Below are positions 37,845-51,071 of a stretch of 64,000 bases of DNA, one piece after another. Below the pieces are notes generated by a model. The model did not search any database and was not told the DNA's origin. It saw only the letters and a list, made by a program, of their open reading frames with translations. The stretch lies in NCBI GenBank assembly GCA_010356995.1, contig ML996694.1, forward strand, positions 681,224 through 745,223, written 5' to 3'. Within the stretch, counting starts at the first letter, position 1. Each line of letters begins with the position of its first letter. The stretch is from Trichodelitschia bisporula (Eukaryota). Made by a program: the position numbers and the translations under genes.

Positions 37845-39311
37845 ATGAGCGCACTTTTGACGACAAGGCAGGCAGAGGAGCTGTGGGTTTTCCTGAATCG
37901 CTATCGGTCCCAGCGCGCAACTAACGCCCTATAGCCACAAGTCCATAATAGCCTATCTAACGGCGTGCAAGCTTACTAAGAGCGCCGCTGCCCTGCGCGA
38001 GGAATTGAGTATCGGCGAGAGCTTCGACGATGCCACGCGCGAGAAGTACCAAGGGCTGCTGGAGAAGAAGTGGACAAGTGTGATACGTCTCCAAAAGAAG
38101 GTACATTTGCTCTCATATACACCCCTCGCTGGAGTCTGACATGTCAGATATTTGATCTCGAATCCCGTAATTCCAGTCTGCAACAAGAACTCGATTCCGC
38201 CACTCCTACATCTCTCTTGCGCAAGAATCAAGACCCCGCCGAATGGCTTCCTAGGTCTCCCGCACGGCACGGCCTCACCGGTCATCGTCAGCCCGTCACT
38301 TGCGTCGCCTTCCATCCTATATTTTCATCACTGGCCTCGGGTTCGGAGGATACTACAATCAAGATATGGGACTGGGAGTTAGGCGAGCTTGAGCGTACCA
38401 TCAAGGGCCACACCAAGGGTGTACTGGACGTTGACTTTGGCGGTCCGCGTGGCGGCACACTGCTTGCGTCTTGCAGCTCCGACCTGACCATCAAGCTGTG
38501 GGACCCCAGCGACGAGTACAAAAACATTCGGACATTACCCGGACATGACCATTCTGTATCCGCCATCCGGTTCATACCCTCTGGCGCGGCGGGAAGTCCT
38601 GCGTCGGGCAACCTCCTTGTGTCGGCATCACGTGATAGAACCCTCAAGATCTGGGATGTGACGACGGGATACTGCGTCAAGACGATCCGAGGACACGCCG
38701 ATTGGGTGCGTGATGTGGCACCATCCTTTGACGGCCGGTGGCTTCTATCAGGCGGCAATGATCAGTCTGCGCGACTGTGGGATGCCAGCAGCGGTGAGAT
38801 GAAGGGTACGTTTGTCGGGCACGAGCATGTGGTGGAGTGCGTCGCGATTGCGCCGCCGGCAGCCTACGAACATCTCGCCAAGTTGGCAGGGTTGCAACGG
38901 GCACCGGCAGCGAGCAGTTCGGCCGAGTTCGTTGCGACAGGTAGTCGGGACAAGACCATCAAACTGTGGGACACGCGGGGGACGATGATTAAGTCGTTGG
39001 CGGGACATGATAACTGGGTACGTGCGCTCGTCTTCCACCCCGGCGGCAAGTACCTGCTGTCTTGCGGTGATGACAAGACGATCCGCTGCTGGGACCTCTC
39101 GCAGGAGGGCAAGTGCGTGAAGACGGTCGAGAATGCGCACAACCACTTCGTCGCGGGCATGCGGTGGGCGCCGGGGATAGTCAAGGAGCCGCAACCGACG
39201 AACGGCGAAAACGGGACGACGGCGAATGGGACGGCACCGGCGCAAGTAGCCATCCGATGCGTGATTGCGACGGCATGCGTCGATAGCGTAGTGAGAGTTT
39301 TCGCCTCGTGA
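37845..39311 (+). CDS. nudF: Dynein regulator LIS1/NudF (LisH, coiled coil, WD40), 3 coding exons
   Basis: [42 protein letters not shown], followed by GH..WD repeats. Confidence 0.96.
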
Positions 39312-40376
39312 TGTGCACAGGGAAAGGATATATGTATGCGGCAGGTGGCCGAGGCTGTGTGTCTGGTTGGATCAAGTGGTTGCCGTCTGCATGCTGGCGG
39401 CGTTCGCAGGGGGCGTCATGAGTGTTTTTACGTGACAACGGTGGGCAGTATGTGGGAGTTCGGGACGCCGTGCTTTGGACGATGGGGATATGAATACATT
39501 TACGCCGTCACATCGCAGATTTGATGCTTCATCGCCTTGCTTTACCTGAGCTTTGCCTTGTTTGTTGACGTTGAATGGTGCCATGGTGATCACGGGCTAT
39601 ATGTATTTAATTTAGAGCCTGCTGCATTTGCCCGTCTCCAATGAAGAATCAAGGACGTGCCGTGTCACGGTACTCGGGTTGCAAGCCATCCGCAGGCCTG
39701 TAGAGGCGCTTATCGGCACTGTTATACCCTGCTGCAGCTGAGGTACATGGATACATCTTGTTCACGGCGGGCGAAGCGGCTCGGCATTGTTGATGTTTTG
39801 ATGCCTCCCTGTACGGTTTTGGAGTAAGAAAAATATCTTCAAAAATCAGACTTTGGCGACGAGAAGTTATAACTCGAGGCACGAACTGTAGAAGGCATGC
39901 TGCTCAAGGTAGAAGCTGGGCTATATGATCCGCAATATGCCATCTGTGTTTTGGCAGGCGAAGAGGACAACCCGGTGCAAGGCTCTTGAGAATTGGATAT
40001 TGACATGGCCCGTGCACAGGACGTTGTGGGGTGTCAGGTTGTTGTTGGTTGCTCCGTTTCCGTGACAACCTCCCGCAGCTCCAACAACATCCACTTAACC
40101 ACCTGCTCCGCCTCAAGCTGCGCGCAGCTGCTTCGCTTCGCAAACACACTGCCGTTGTCACTTTGTTTCTGCTCGTCCGCCTTTCCCCCATCTCTCCTAC
40201 GCCAACGCCCGTTCGTTTCTCTTCCTCAACACTCATTGTCAATTGCCTGCCGCTGCTGAGCAACGTCGAGTATCAAAATCTATTCTTGCCTCGCCGGCTT
40301 GCTGCCGTCATTGCCATTGTTTTGAGCAGCATTCCACTGCGACAGTGCTACAGGTTAGGACAATTTACATTCCATC

Positions 40377-43300
40377 ATGTCCACCGAAGCGGTACGCTCT
40401 CTCCTCAAGAATGCCTTTGTCTATGCGCCGCCTACTGACATTGCCAAACAGGTGCATCCGCTGAGAATTCAAAAAAACCCGACATCTTCACCGTTCAGGC
40501 CAAAGAGCAGCGCACTTCCGCGTCCGCTCACCGAGATCAGCCCCATGGAGCGCCGACGCAACTCGCCGAGCTTCCAGCAAGGCAAGGTGAGCGATCGCCG
40601 CATTCCGGGTCTGAAACCCGCTAATGATACCCAGATGGCACTCAACCGCGAATCGTCGCCTTTCGATTCTTCTCCTTACCACAAGAATTCTCCGCACAGC
40701 TTTTGGAAGGAGCGGGAGGTTACCGCTTCGCCCAGTCTTTTCTCGTCGGAGAACGACTTCTCGCGTGACTTGTCGCCTTCGGCTGCAAAGCGTCGCTCCA
40801 TCGAAAACCTCATGAAGGCATCCCGCGTCAAGAACAGCAGCATGTTTGCTCGTGAGCACAAGAACGAGTACGACCCGACGAGCACGCCGGTTGTCGAGCG
40901 TCCGCTTGCTGCTGGCCGTCCGCTGTCGCTTATGACCACCAATGCCTTTTCTCCTCGTCCCGAGAGCCCGGCTCCTTCGAACCCCGCCTATCGCGGACAT
41001 CGCCGTGGCGAGAGTCAGAATAAGATTCCGCTTCTCAGCCCGACAAAGGTTGCTTCCACTTTCAAGGAGAACTCGCCTTCGCCGCGCGATACGGGCTCGC
41101 CGACCAAGTCGTCACTCGCAAACAAGAACAACACGCTCCCGCGCAACTTCAACCCTTACAAGCAGGACAATTGGTCCGACGAAACGGTGTCCAAGGTTGA
41201 GCCGCAGCGCCCTCTGCGTCGTCATGCTAAGAGCGTGACCTTTGACACGGCGCCGCCTGAGATCAACGAGTACGAGATGGTCACGCCAGACCCATCATCT
41301 GTGGCATCTGGTTCCCGCGAGGGCAGCTATGACATGGATCTCGAAGATGAGGAAGTGAGCTTTGATAACACATATTCCGATCATGACGACAGCTTCGATG
41401 CGTCTCTTGAGGATACGGACAAGACGCCCATTGTTCTTCCTGGCGACTGGAACATGACTCCTGATCCTGGAAACGCGACACTGACGAGCAAATTTCATGA
41501 TTCCTTCGGGAAGAGCGATACGCCGTCCCGGCAGTGGCATGCTTACCGTACCGCATCGGTGAACTCCGACGAGTCACGTCCCCTTCCTCCGCTGCCTTCG
41601 GGCGACAACAGCTTCAACGCTGGTCCCGCTCAGCGCTCGCTTCCGCAGCTGCCCGATGTGCGTACTGGATCCCAGGGCGATGTTCTCGGGATGAAGGAGC
41701 ACGCGATGGAGCTCGAGGACCGCTTGCGGTTGATGGAGATCCGCGACTCGCCTCAGCCCACTGAGAAGAGCCACTACACGGAGAATGCTCTGCATATCAA
41801 GAAGAACGGCCTTGGCATTCAGATCCACGAGGAAGAGGTTGAGGTTGAACAGGAGGTGCAGGTGAAGTGCGAGCAGTCGACTGATGAAGACTACGAGCCC
41901 AAGCCCATTTCTCGTGAGTCCATCCTGCGCAAGGTCAAGAGTCGCACCTTCCATTATGACGGGCGCGAGTACGGTCCGCTTGAGGATGAGGAGGACTACC
42001 TCAATCTCGATCCCGATGTTCCGATCCCGTCTCGCGAAGCGTCATCCAACTTCGACGAGGTTGTCCAGGATGCGGAGATTCGTGCGCAGATCAAGATGGA
42101 AGAGGAAGAGATTGATCTCTACTCCATTCCTGAACTGTACGCGCGCTCTCCCGAGAGCGAGGAGCATGAAGAGCGTGAGGGCTCCGTTATTCGTCATCCC
42201 ATGCCTGAGTACGATGATGACGACGACGCCAGCCAGTACTCTCAGCAGCACTCGGAGGAGCCAACCCAACAGTCTAACGGCAGCGCAGAGGACGACGGTC
42301 CACCAACCCCCAAGATTGAGAGCGGCATCAGTACCAGCACTCCTCACAAGGAGGATGCGAGTCAGATTCTCCCTGACTTCCCTTCAATGCTTGATGATTC
42401 GAACTTCGGGACTGGGTTTGAAGCCTACATGAGCTCTACCTCGACACCCCCACCTCCGCCGCCCAAGGATGAGTTCAAGCAGGAGACGACTCGTGCTCTT
42501 CCCGCTCTTGAGCCAGTGCAAAAGTTCTTCGAGCGCCCTCAAACACCTGAGCGTCAGATCACTCCTGAGTACGACGACACCGAGTCTGAGCCGAGCACTC
42601 CGACCTCGGTCGTTCATCGTCCGATGGATCGTGAGGAGGAGGAGGAGCGTGCCCCATCTCCTGTCGTGCCTGAGCGTCATGCAACTATCAAGGCTCCCGG
42701 TAGCGGGTTGAAGACTCGTCCGTCTGCCACTCCAGCCGATATCCAAGCCATGGCCGCTACTCGTCGCCAAGTCAGCGGTCAAATTGCACCACCCATTCCG
42801 GATAAGAGCCCCAAGCGCTTCTCCATGAGCTTGGAGCCCGAACCGCAGCCCGAGGAATTTGAAGAGGGTACCTCGAGCGAGGGATCTGAAGAGACGGAGA
42901 ACGGCAATGGCTCGCCCAAGCGTCGTGAGTCCTTCAAGATGAAGCTCGATCTGCCCGACACCCTTGAATGGGGCGAAGATCTCAGCTTCGGCTTGGACAA
43001 GGAATTTGATCGCGTCATTGAGTCTTCAAAGGTAGACTTCCTCCAACCCCGTTTGCGTGTACCGTCCTCCACTCCGGCATCTCATGCAGCGGCGCGGGGG
43101 ATGATGCGTCGCGACCCCTCTAGAACTCATCATGCTAACCCACTTTCGTATAAAAAGAAGGGCTACCTTATGCGTCAAAACACCAAGGTCGTCGTTGCGA
43201 AGCGCAACTTCAGCAATGAATTGCCTCCTCCTGGGTCACCTACGCGACCTAGCTCAGCGCACTCAGTGTCGGCGCATCCCGCGCAGCGCAAGCCTAGCCA

Positions 43301-44983
43301 TGAGCGCACCAAATCGTGGACTACGGAGCCTTGGAACCCGAAGGCACGCCGCAAGAGTGGTCGTACGCCTTCTGGGAAGCGCCAGTCCATGGGCCCGCCT
43401 ATGGGTCCGGCGCCGCCTATGCCCGGTCAGGAGAGCGCCGTTAGCAACAACCTCGGCACCGTTGTTGAGGGGCAGATGATGGGAGTGGAAGAGATGGAGG
43501 AGGGTGCTGAACGCGGTCGCCTGTTTGTTAAGGTGGTTGGCGTCAAGAATCTTGAGCTGCCGCTGCCGACAAGTAAGTCTTACCCTTGCTTCCAACTACT
43601 CTTTACTAACAGCTACAGGCGAGCGTACTTACTTCCAACTCACGCTGGACAACGGCCTCCACTGCGTGACAACCTCCTGGCTCGAGCTCGGCAAAACCGC
43701 CCCCATCGCGCAAGAATTCGAACTCGTCGTCCTCTCCGACCTCGAATTCCAACTCACGCTGCAAACCAAACTCACCCCTCCCCCCAAGATGGCCCCGCCC
43801 ATCACCCCCTCTTCACCCACAAAAGCTAAAGCGCCCATTAAAAAGTCCTCCTTCTCGCGCTTCCTCTCCTCCCCCAAGAAGCGGCGCGAAGCCGAGCGCC
43901 AAGCGGCGGCCGAAGAAGAGGATAGGCAAACGCGCGCCCACCGTGCCGCACTCGACGCCCAGCGTCGTGCTGCGCAGCTGAACCCGTCTGCCTGGGACCT
44001 GCTGCATGAGCTTGTTGGTGGCGATGGCAGCTTCGGGCGCGCGTATGTGAGCCTCAAGAGCCATGAGCAGGGGTGCTTCGGCAGGCCGTTCACCGTCGAT
44101 GTGCCTGTTTTCAACGAGTGGGCGCTCGAGCAGGACGCCGCTATTGCGAGCTCTGTTAAGTCGAAGCGTGCTGGGGGCGCGGCCCGCCGCCCGCCGTATA
44201 AGGTCGCGGAGTTGGAGTTGCAGTTGCTATTTGTGCCCCGTGTTAAGGGCGCGCGGGATGAGGATTTGCCGAAGAGTATGAATGCTTGTGTGCGGGAGAT
44301 GAGAGAGGCGGAGGAGGAGGGCAAGCGGGAGTGGGAGGGGTTTTTGAGTCAGCAGGGTGGTGACTGCCCGGTAAGGCCTTTTTTGATTGATATAATGGGA
44401 CACAAGCTAATCACAACAGTACTGGCGCCGCCGCTTCTTCCGTCTGCAAGGCACACAATTCACCGCCTTCCACGAGACGACGCGGCAACCGCGGGCCAAA
44501 ATCGATCTCTCAAAAGCCACCAAGCTCATTGATGACAAATCCGCCCTCATGAAGCCCGACGGCGCTAAGGCCAGCAAGGGGCGGCGCAAATCCGCCTTCG
44601 GCGAAGAAGAAGAGGGCTACATGTTCGTGGAGGAGGGCTTTAGGATCCGCTTCGCCAATGGCGAGATCATTGATTTTTACGCCGATAATGAGAAGGATAA
44701 GGCGGGGTGGATGGCTGTGCTGGCGAAGACGGTGGGGCGTGAGGCTGGTGCGGGGAGTAAGGGGTGGTGTCGCGCGGTGCTGGAGCGGGAGCGAAGGGCG
44801 AGGTCTGCGGCACGGAAGGCGAATGGCCTGCCGGAGCAGCAGGTTCAGGGCACGCGCTCGGTTCCGGTGTCCCCGCGGAAGCCGAGCCGCGAGGCGCCCG
44901 CTGTTATGCAGGCGCAGATGGAGAGGGAGGGGGTGGAACAGAGGCGGGAGCGCAGGAAGCAGGTCCAGAGCATGATCTTTTAA
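40377..44983 (+). CDS. BUD4: Anillin-related septation/bud-site protein Bud4 (AH + PH domains)
   Basis: VHPLRIQK, RRSIENLMKASRVKNSSMFARE, GYLMRQNTKVVVA, GRLFVKVVGVK, FQLTLDNGLHCVTT, EGFLSQQGGDCP|YWRRRFF, FRIRFANGEIIDFYAD. Confidence 0.92.
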
Positions 44984-45538
44984 GCGACCGGTCGGTGGGA
45001 CTGGCGTTCGGGGCTCTGCTTTGCGGTCGGTGTTCAAGGAGTGTGGGGGTGGATGGTGGGAATTTGATCAAACTGGTGGATATGGGGATGGGGGGAGTTG
45101 AGGCTGCTTTGGGCGTTTTTGCGGATTTTGTACGTGGCGTCGTGTTCATGTCTCGTTTGGTCCGAACGCCCGGCGTAGGAATACGCTTTGAGCCCGTGGC
45201 GATGTTTGTTAATGAGTGGATGAAGATCAATTATTGTTGCTACTACCTTGTGTCTATGGTGATATGCCTGGATCTATCCCTCTTGATACGTAGAGCTTGC
45301 CTGCGTGATGATATACCTAAGGTGCGCAACGCTCTACCCGCTCCAGAGCAAACAATCTCAACCTTGCAATGTGGTAGCACCAGATCCGCGCAACCACCCA
45401 GCCAAACTCGCGAGCAAACTCGCGTCTATGACAACGATCTGCCAATCTCCTCTCCTCCCCTTTGTTTTCTAACTCATCCGTCTAACTCATCCAGCCCCTT
45501 AGACCTGAACCCATACCATCTCAACGATCTACATCTCG

Positions 45539-47337
45539 ATGGGCGCCTCGGTATCAACCACTGCCCCTCTACCCCCGCCAAAAGGCTACCTCCTCCCCGT
45601 CTGCGACCACGACCCCGCGCCCCCGCCTTATCACGCTCATCCTCCCGCTTATAGTCGTGGGAAGTGGGGCTGGCCCCGCGAAGGCTATGGGTACGCCGAC
45701 GACTGCGGACCGGGAGGCGGGTATGGTCCCGGTCCAGGCTGTGACGGAGGCGGAGGCTGCGGACCAGAGGGGTGCTATGCCCCAAAGGCAAAATACAGCC
45801 CACCATCGCCGCAGCAGGAGTACCCCCAGCATCACAGGCGCGGACAGGAGGGGCAGTATCCGCGGCAACATGCTCAGCGCCAACCGGGGTGTGGATGTGA
45901 CTGCCACGGGTGTGGTGGTGAGCAGGGCCAGGGGCAGGCGTATCCGGTCCACCAGCCTAGTAGTACGAACTTGCACCACCCACCGCATGCGTATCACCCG
46001 CATCCTCCAGCGCACCTACATGCCCATCCGCCCGCCCCGGCGTGTCTACAACCTCCTAAGCCGAGGAAGTTCCATATCCGGGGCACGCTAGGCCCTGAGG
46101 CTGTGGATCTTGCGCTCGCAGAGGCGGAGACATGTCCGTGCTGTGGATGCGAAGAGAAGGGGAAGTGCGGGGAGAGGGTTAAAGAGCTTGAGTTAAGGGG
46201 ATTGAAGGAAGAGGGCAAGGCCCGGGTGAAGAGCGAGGAGCGGGGGCGGAGGAGGAGGAGTAGAACTGCTGAGAGTGTAGGAGTGGGGAAGAGGAGGAGT
46301 GACAGCCGGTTAGCGGATATGGAGCGCAGGGTTGGGGAGTTAGGGAGGGAGTGGCGGGCTTTGAGGGGCGGTGCGGGGGAAGACGGGGGATTTGACGGCG
46401 GTTATGGGCGGGGTTTTGGGAGAGGGGGGCCTGGGGAGGGGGACATGGAGGGGATAAGGCGCATGAGTACTGGTCTCGACGGCCTGGGCCGGGCCATGGA
46501 TTCGCGGGCGCGGCCGAGGGATCCTGGACTCGGTATGGGACGTCTAGGCGACCGGCTTGGCGATGACCGGTTCGGCGGCCTCGGTATGGGTGGAATGGGC
46601 GGAATGGGGGACCGACTCGGAGGCGATAGACTCCAAGGGCTAGGTGACAGACTCGGCGGTGAACGACTGGGCGGCCTAGGAGACCGTCTCAACACCGACC
46701 GGCTAGGCGCGCTAAACGAGCGTCTCGCCGCCGACCGCCTCGGGCCTGGCCCCGGCCTCCCCGGCCCCAGCGCCCCCGGGTTCGACTCCTTCGAAGACGA
46801 CAACTTCGGCCCGTCGGATCCGCGCTTTGCGATGCCGCGCCTCGGGCACGGAGGCCCAGGTCCGATGCCGCTGGGGCGCTGGGGCGGGGCGGGCGCCGCA
46901 CGCCGGAAGCGGAAGCCGGGAAGAAGAAGGGAACGGGACGAGGGTGAGGGGTTCGGGGAGGCGCCCGAGGGGGCGGGCGAGGAGGAGGGCTGGGAGGACG
47001 GTGAGTTCCCCTGCTTTTTGCGAGGTGGTGCTAAGGGTAGTGCGCTGATGGTGTAGTGCGCTCGCCGGGGGCGGAGGTGCCGCCAGCGCCGGGACTGGGG
47101 CTAGGGGGGTTTGGAATAGGGAAGGGCGCAAAGAGGAGTCGGGCCAGTGAGCCGCCGAGGGCATCGGTGCCGATGGAGCGGGAGGTGAGGAGTCCGCCGC
47201 CGTTTACGTTTCCGGGTGCGCCGGGGCAGATTGCGGTGCTGAGGCCGTTGGTTGGAGGGGGGCGGGAGGAGAAGAGGGCGATGGCGGAGACGGTGGATGA
47301 GGGGAGTGTGGGGCGCGCTGGGCAGCAGATGACGTGA
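45539..47337 (+). CDS. Orphan Gly/Pro/Arg-rich low-complexity protein, 2 exons
   Basis: 505-aa ORF joined by intron ~47002-47056 to the 47057-47337 frame; MGASVS N-terminus, Cys clusters, GDRLGG repeats. Confidence 0.6.
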
Positions 47338-47749
47338 CGATCGTGGCGGAGGTGGAGATGAAGTGTTTGGGGGAGGAGCCTGTTGGGTTTCGGGTTGGAA
47401 GTGAAGATGGGAGATGGGATGATTGAGTGCGTGCAATCTGAGATGACGTGAAGCAAGGAAGAAGCATTGGCATTCTCGGAAGGAGTATATTTACCGGGGG
47501 AAGTCACAGAAAGCAGGACTAGAAGGAAACCTGGGATAGCGGGAAGGAGGATACGTTGCCAAAGTCATGGTGATGTTCCCATCATGGGATGGCGAGGGGC
47601 GGATATGGAACCCTACGCGGTCATAATTGAGACGTGAGGCGGATTAGCTATTCATGAGCTATCATCAGCAGTTTATTGATGAATGAAGACTCGCCTTTTG
47701 GGCATTGCTAGGTCCATCTGATGTACCCTCCATTTTCTTACAATAGACT

Positions 47750-48486
47750 GCTTCCAGCTCTCGACCATCCGGTCCAGCTCGAGGCTTCACGCAGCTCTAC
47801 GCCTCATTGACTGTCGAGGCCGCTTATAGTACTTCTGCCACCTATACTGATAGTGCGTCCGGAACATTTTCGACGGCAGTGTGCCACCCCACTGATCCGC
47901 CTCAGTAGTCGCTGCTAACTCCCGCTGAAGATTCTTCAGGGCAATCTTCATCATGGAAGCATGACCGCGATAGACACGGATCCGTGCCTCATCAACATCG
48001 GCTCAGGCCTTTAGAGCGTCTCTCTGGGCATGGACAGCACGCATCTGTCCCTCATCAACAGTGTACCGGGCTCTTGCAGCATCAGTCATGGCATGCGCAG
48101 CGCGCTCTGTGGCGATCCCAGCCATCGCCCTTTGTTGCTTCGCCTGGTCTTCGGCCCGGTCGTGCTGACTTTGGGCCTTCTTTGCTTGGATTTTCAGTTT
48201 CTCGGTATGTGAGCATTTCCTTCCGTAAACTTAAGGGAAGAGAACGGAGTATATCTGAAGGGTCCCAGACAGTATCCGGTTTCCGATGCTTCGTGCTAGA
48301 GGACTGCGGTGCGGCGGAGTAGCTAGGAGGAGCATCGGAGGGAGGGACATTGACGAGAGTGGCACCGGAGGGAGGGTCATCGACGAGAGGGGCATCGGAG
48401 AGAGGGCTACGGAAATGCTAGGATCTGGCAATATGCGGCATAGGAGTAATGACACTCACGATCTGGAAGCGTTGGACACGGGCCAT
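47750..48486 (-). pseudogene. Decayed coiled-coil protein gene with an internal 30-bp tandem repeat
   Basis: ATG 48486, intron-like 48418-48459, 10-aa repeats (48331-48408), then EKLKIQAKKAQSQHDRAEDQAKQQRA..ALKA*ADVDEARIR; frameshift near 48205, stop at 48003-48005 and further stops. Confidence 0.45.
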
Positions 48487-49223
48487 TTCAAGTTGCTGCT
48501 AATGCGCAAGACCGTCGTGAGGCCCCGTAAAGGCTAGGATGGAAACGCTTGAAAGCTGATATGATGGAATAGACCTAGTGAAGGCCACTGTGACTTCTTT
48601 AATGTGAATATGATAACACATATCAGCGTACAAGACAGGTGGCTGGAGAAGTGCTGCTGTTGATGGTGATGTTCGATGTATGGTTCAGTACTCATGCTAA
48701 ATATGTCCGCATCTTGGGCAAAAAACACTGAATCTCATTTGGGCCTTCCTCCACCGGCGAGACCCAAACCACATATGGACGGCAGTGGCCTTGCTGCCCC
48801 TAGGCAGGATGATCATCGACGGAATTGAAGAAGCTTAAGCGGGTTGCAAAGGCTTCAAGCATGTAGCATGGAGGTCGGAGCCCGCTGAGACACATCTGCT
48901 TGCATGGTTTCGTTTGTCTACAAAGGATGATGTTTGAGTGTTTGTGTGGGTGCGGACGTGGAACAATGAGGCAAAGATGTTGACGTTGTGACTCCATGGA
49001 TATTTATGTCGCCAAGGCATCAATGTCAGCCTCAGGGGCCTTTTCACAACAGCGCTAAACCGGATACAGCCATCCCACCCCTCTCCAACTGCCAAGGCGC
49101 CTCCTAACCCCCAGACTCCACTTTGCGAGTGGAACCTCTCGACTTCCTTAGGTCGCCACCTGCATCACGCCCCAACTCCTCCCCCACTATCATCACCACC
49201 AAACACCTTTCCACTCGTTGCCT

Positions 49224-50595
49224 ATGGCCGCTTCCAACGGCTCTCGCAAAGGTACTGTGGCCTCCCGATCACGACCCACCAACGCCGCCACTAACGACGC
49301 CTCAGCACCCTCCGCCATGCCCCCCGCAAAGACGAATATCATCGATCGCAGCGTCTTCGACAAGTACCTCACTCCTGCCGACAAGAAGACCTTCAAGGCC
49401 GTCAAGTTTCGCAAACCCCTCCCCAAGCAAACAGAGCCCGGCAGTTGGTCCGAGAGCAAGGTCTTCGACGACAAGGACAAGCCGCCCACCCCTACGTCAC
49501 CCCTTATCAATCCCCTCAATGACAAGATCGCCGCCGCTTTCCCTACGGGACGCCCGTTTGATGACCGCGTCGACACGGTTCAGTGCAAGCACTGCAAGAA
49601 GCCCGTCCTCCCTATCGCCGCCCCGGCCCACATCAAGGAGTGTTTGAAGAAGAAGCAGGAGAAGCTGCAGCGGAAGAAGGAGGCCAAGGAGGCCAAAGAC
49701 GCAGCACTACGCAAGGAACGCAACGGTGGAGTTTCTCCGGCACCGTCAGAGGCAGGGGACGGAGGGGAGAAGCGTACCACGGGCGGTGCACGGAAGTCGG
49801 CCGCTGCCGTCGTCGACGGCGAGTCTGTCGCGAAGAAGACGGGCAAAAAGCGCAAGGCGGATGATGAAGGAAAAACGACGGTCGCGACGAAGAAGAAAAA
49901 GAAGGAAGAACCCAAGGCCAAGGTTCCCAAGCCAAAGGGGCCGGTCGACGTCGAGAAGCAGTGCGGTGTGTTGCTGGCCAACGGATCGCAGTGCGCGCGT
50001 AGCTTGACGTGCAAGAGTCACTCGATGGGAGCTAAGCGTGCTGTGCAGGGTCGGAGTCTCCCATACGACGTCCTCTTGCACCAGTACCAGAAGAAGAACC
50101 AGGCGAGGCAGCAGCGTACGTCATTCTCGTAGTTATCATCATTTACTAACAGAATCAGGGGCCGCTATGGACGCAAACGCTCCTCTTGAAGACGACTTCG
50201 AGCCTCCAGGAACGGTCGACTCGGACGAGGAGCGCGATGCCGTCATGTCTGCCATTCATCGCTCCCTACACCACAATCCTATCACGGGATCACGGTTGTC
50301 TGGCACGCCCATCGTTGCAGCACCGCTGTTCTCCATACGCAATCGCTACAAGCACGTGCGCATCAAGGACATGCTCGCAAATGCCTTGGGGGGCTCCCGA
50401 GGCGGTGGGCTCTTTACCACCAATCATGCTCAGGCTCTGGGTGGGGGACTGTTTGGTACTGGCGCCATGCAGATGCCTGACAGTGCGAGCACGGTTGGCC
50501 CGGCTGATGGGTTCGAGAGTCGCCGTCAGAGCATTGCGCCTGGGCGTCCGCCGCTGCCTGGTAGTCGGAAGCAGAGCATTGTTGGGGCTGCTTGA
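49224..50595 (+). CDS. SGF73: SAGA deubiquitination-module subunit Sgf73/ataxin-7
   Basis: ZnF VQCKHCKKPV..HIKEC; SCA7 domain GPVDVEKQCGV..CARSLTCKSHSMGAKRAVQGRSLPYD; intron 50117-50158. Confidence 0.93.
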
Positions 50596-51010
50596 GACGT
50601 TTCGCTATTGCTCGTTTGTGCTGGTTTAGCAGGGTCAGGAAATGCACCTAGGTTGGTGTACCCCCTCTTGCTTTCGATATGGCCTGCTAACGGGATAGGC
50701 ATCATTTTTGGAAATATTTGTTCGGAGTTGGGGCGTTGCGCTCGCTGATGATTTTACCACGACAAAACTGAAAGATGATATGAATGGTCCATTGCAGCAA
50801 CTGTAGGATATGAGCGTTAAGCTGGGATTGAGAAGAGGTTCTACGACAGCCATATAGGCATAGTCTCACCTCCGCACATCAATAAGAGCAATGTTGATGC
50901 TCACAACCACCTCATTGCCACGCAAGTTTCCTGTCGTGCCGCCTCCGTGCACGTGCTTGTACCATCCCTGCCACGCACCGGCATCGCCTGATCTGATTCT
51001 CCGGCATCAC

Positions 51011-51071
51011 CACTTTAACGTCGTGCATCACTTTCAACGTCGTGCATCACTTTCAACGTCGTGCGCCACTT
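51011..51071. repeat. 19-bp tandem repeat x3
   Basis: CACTTT(C)AACGTCGTGCAT repeated three times. Confidence 0.85.

Noticed and set aside
46354..46374. RALRGG as a second ubiquitin-like tail
   Set aside because: Imperfect match within Arg/Gly-rich low-complexity sequence.
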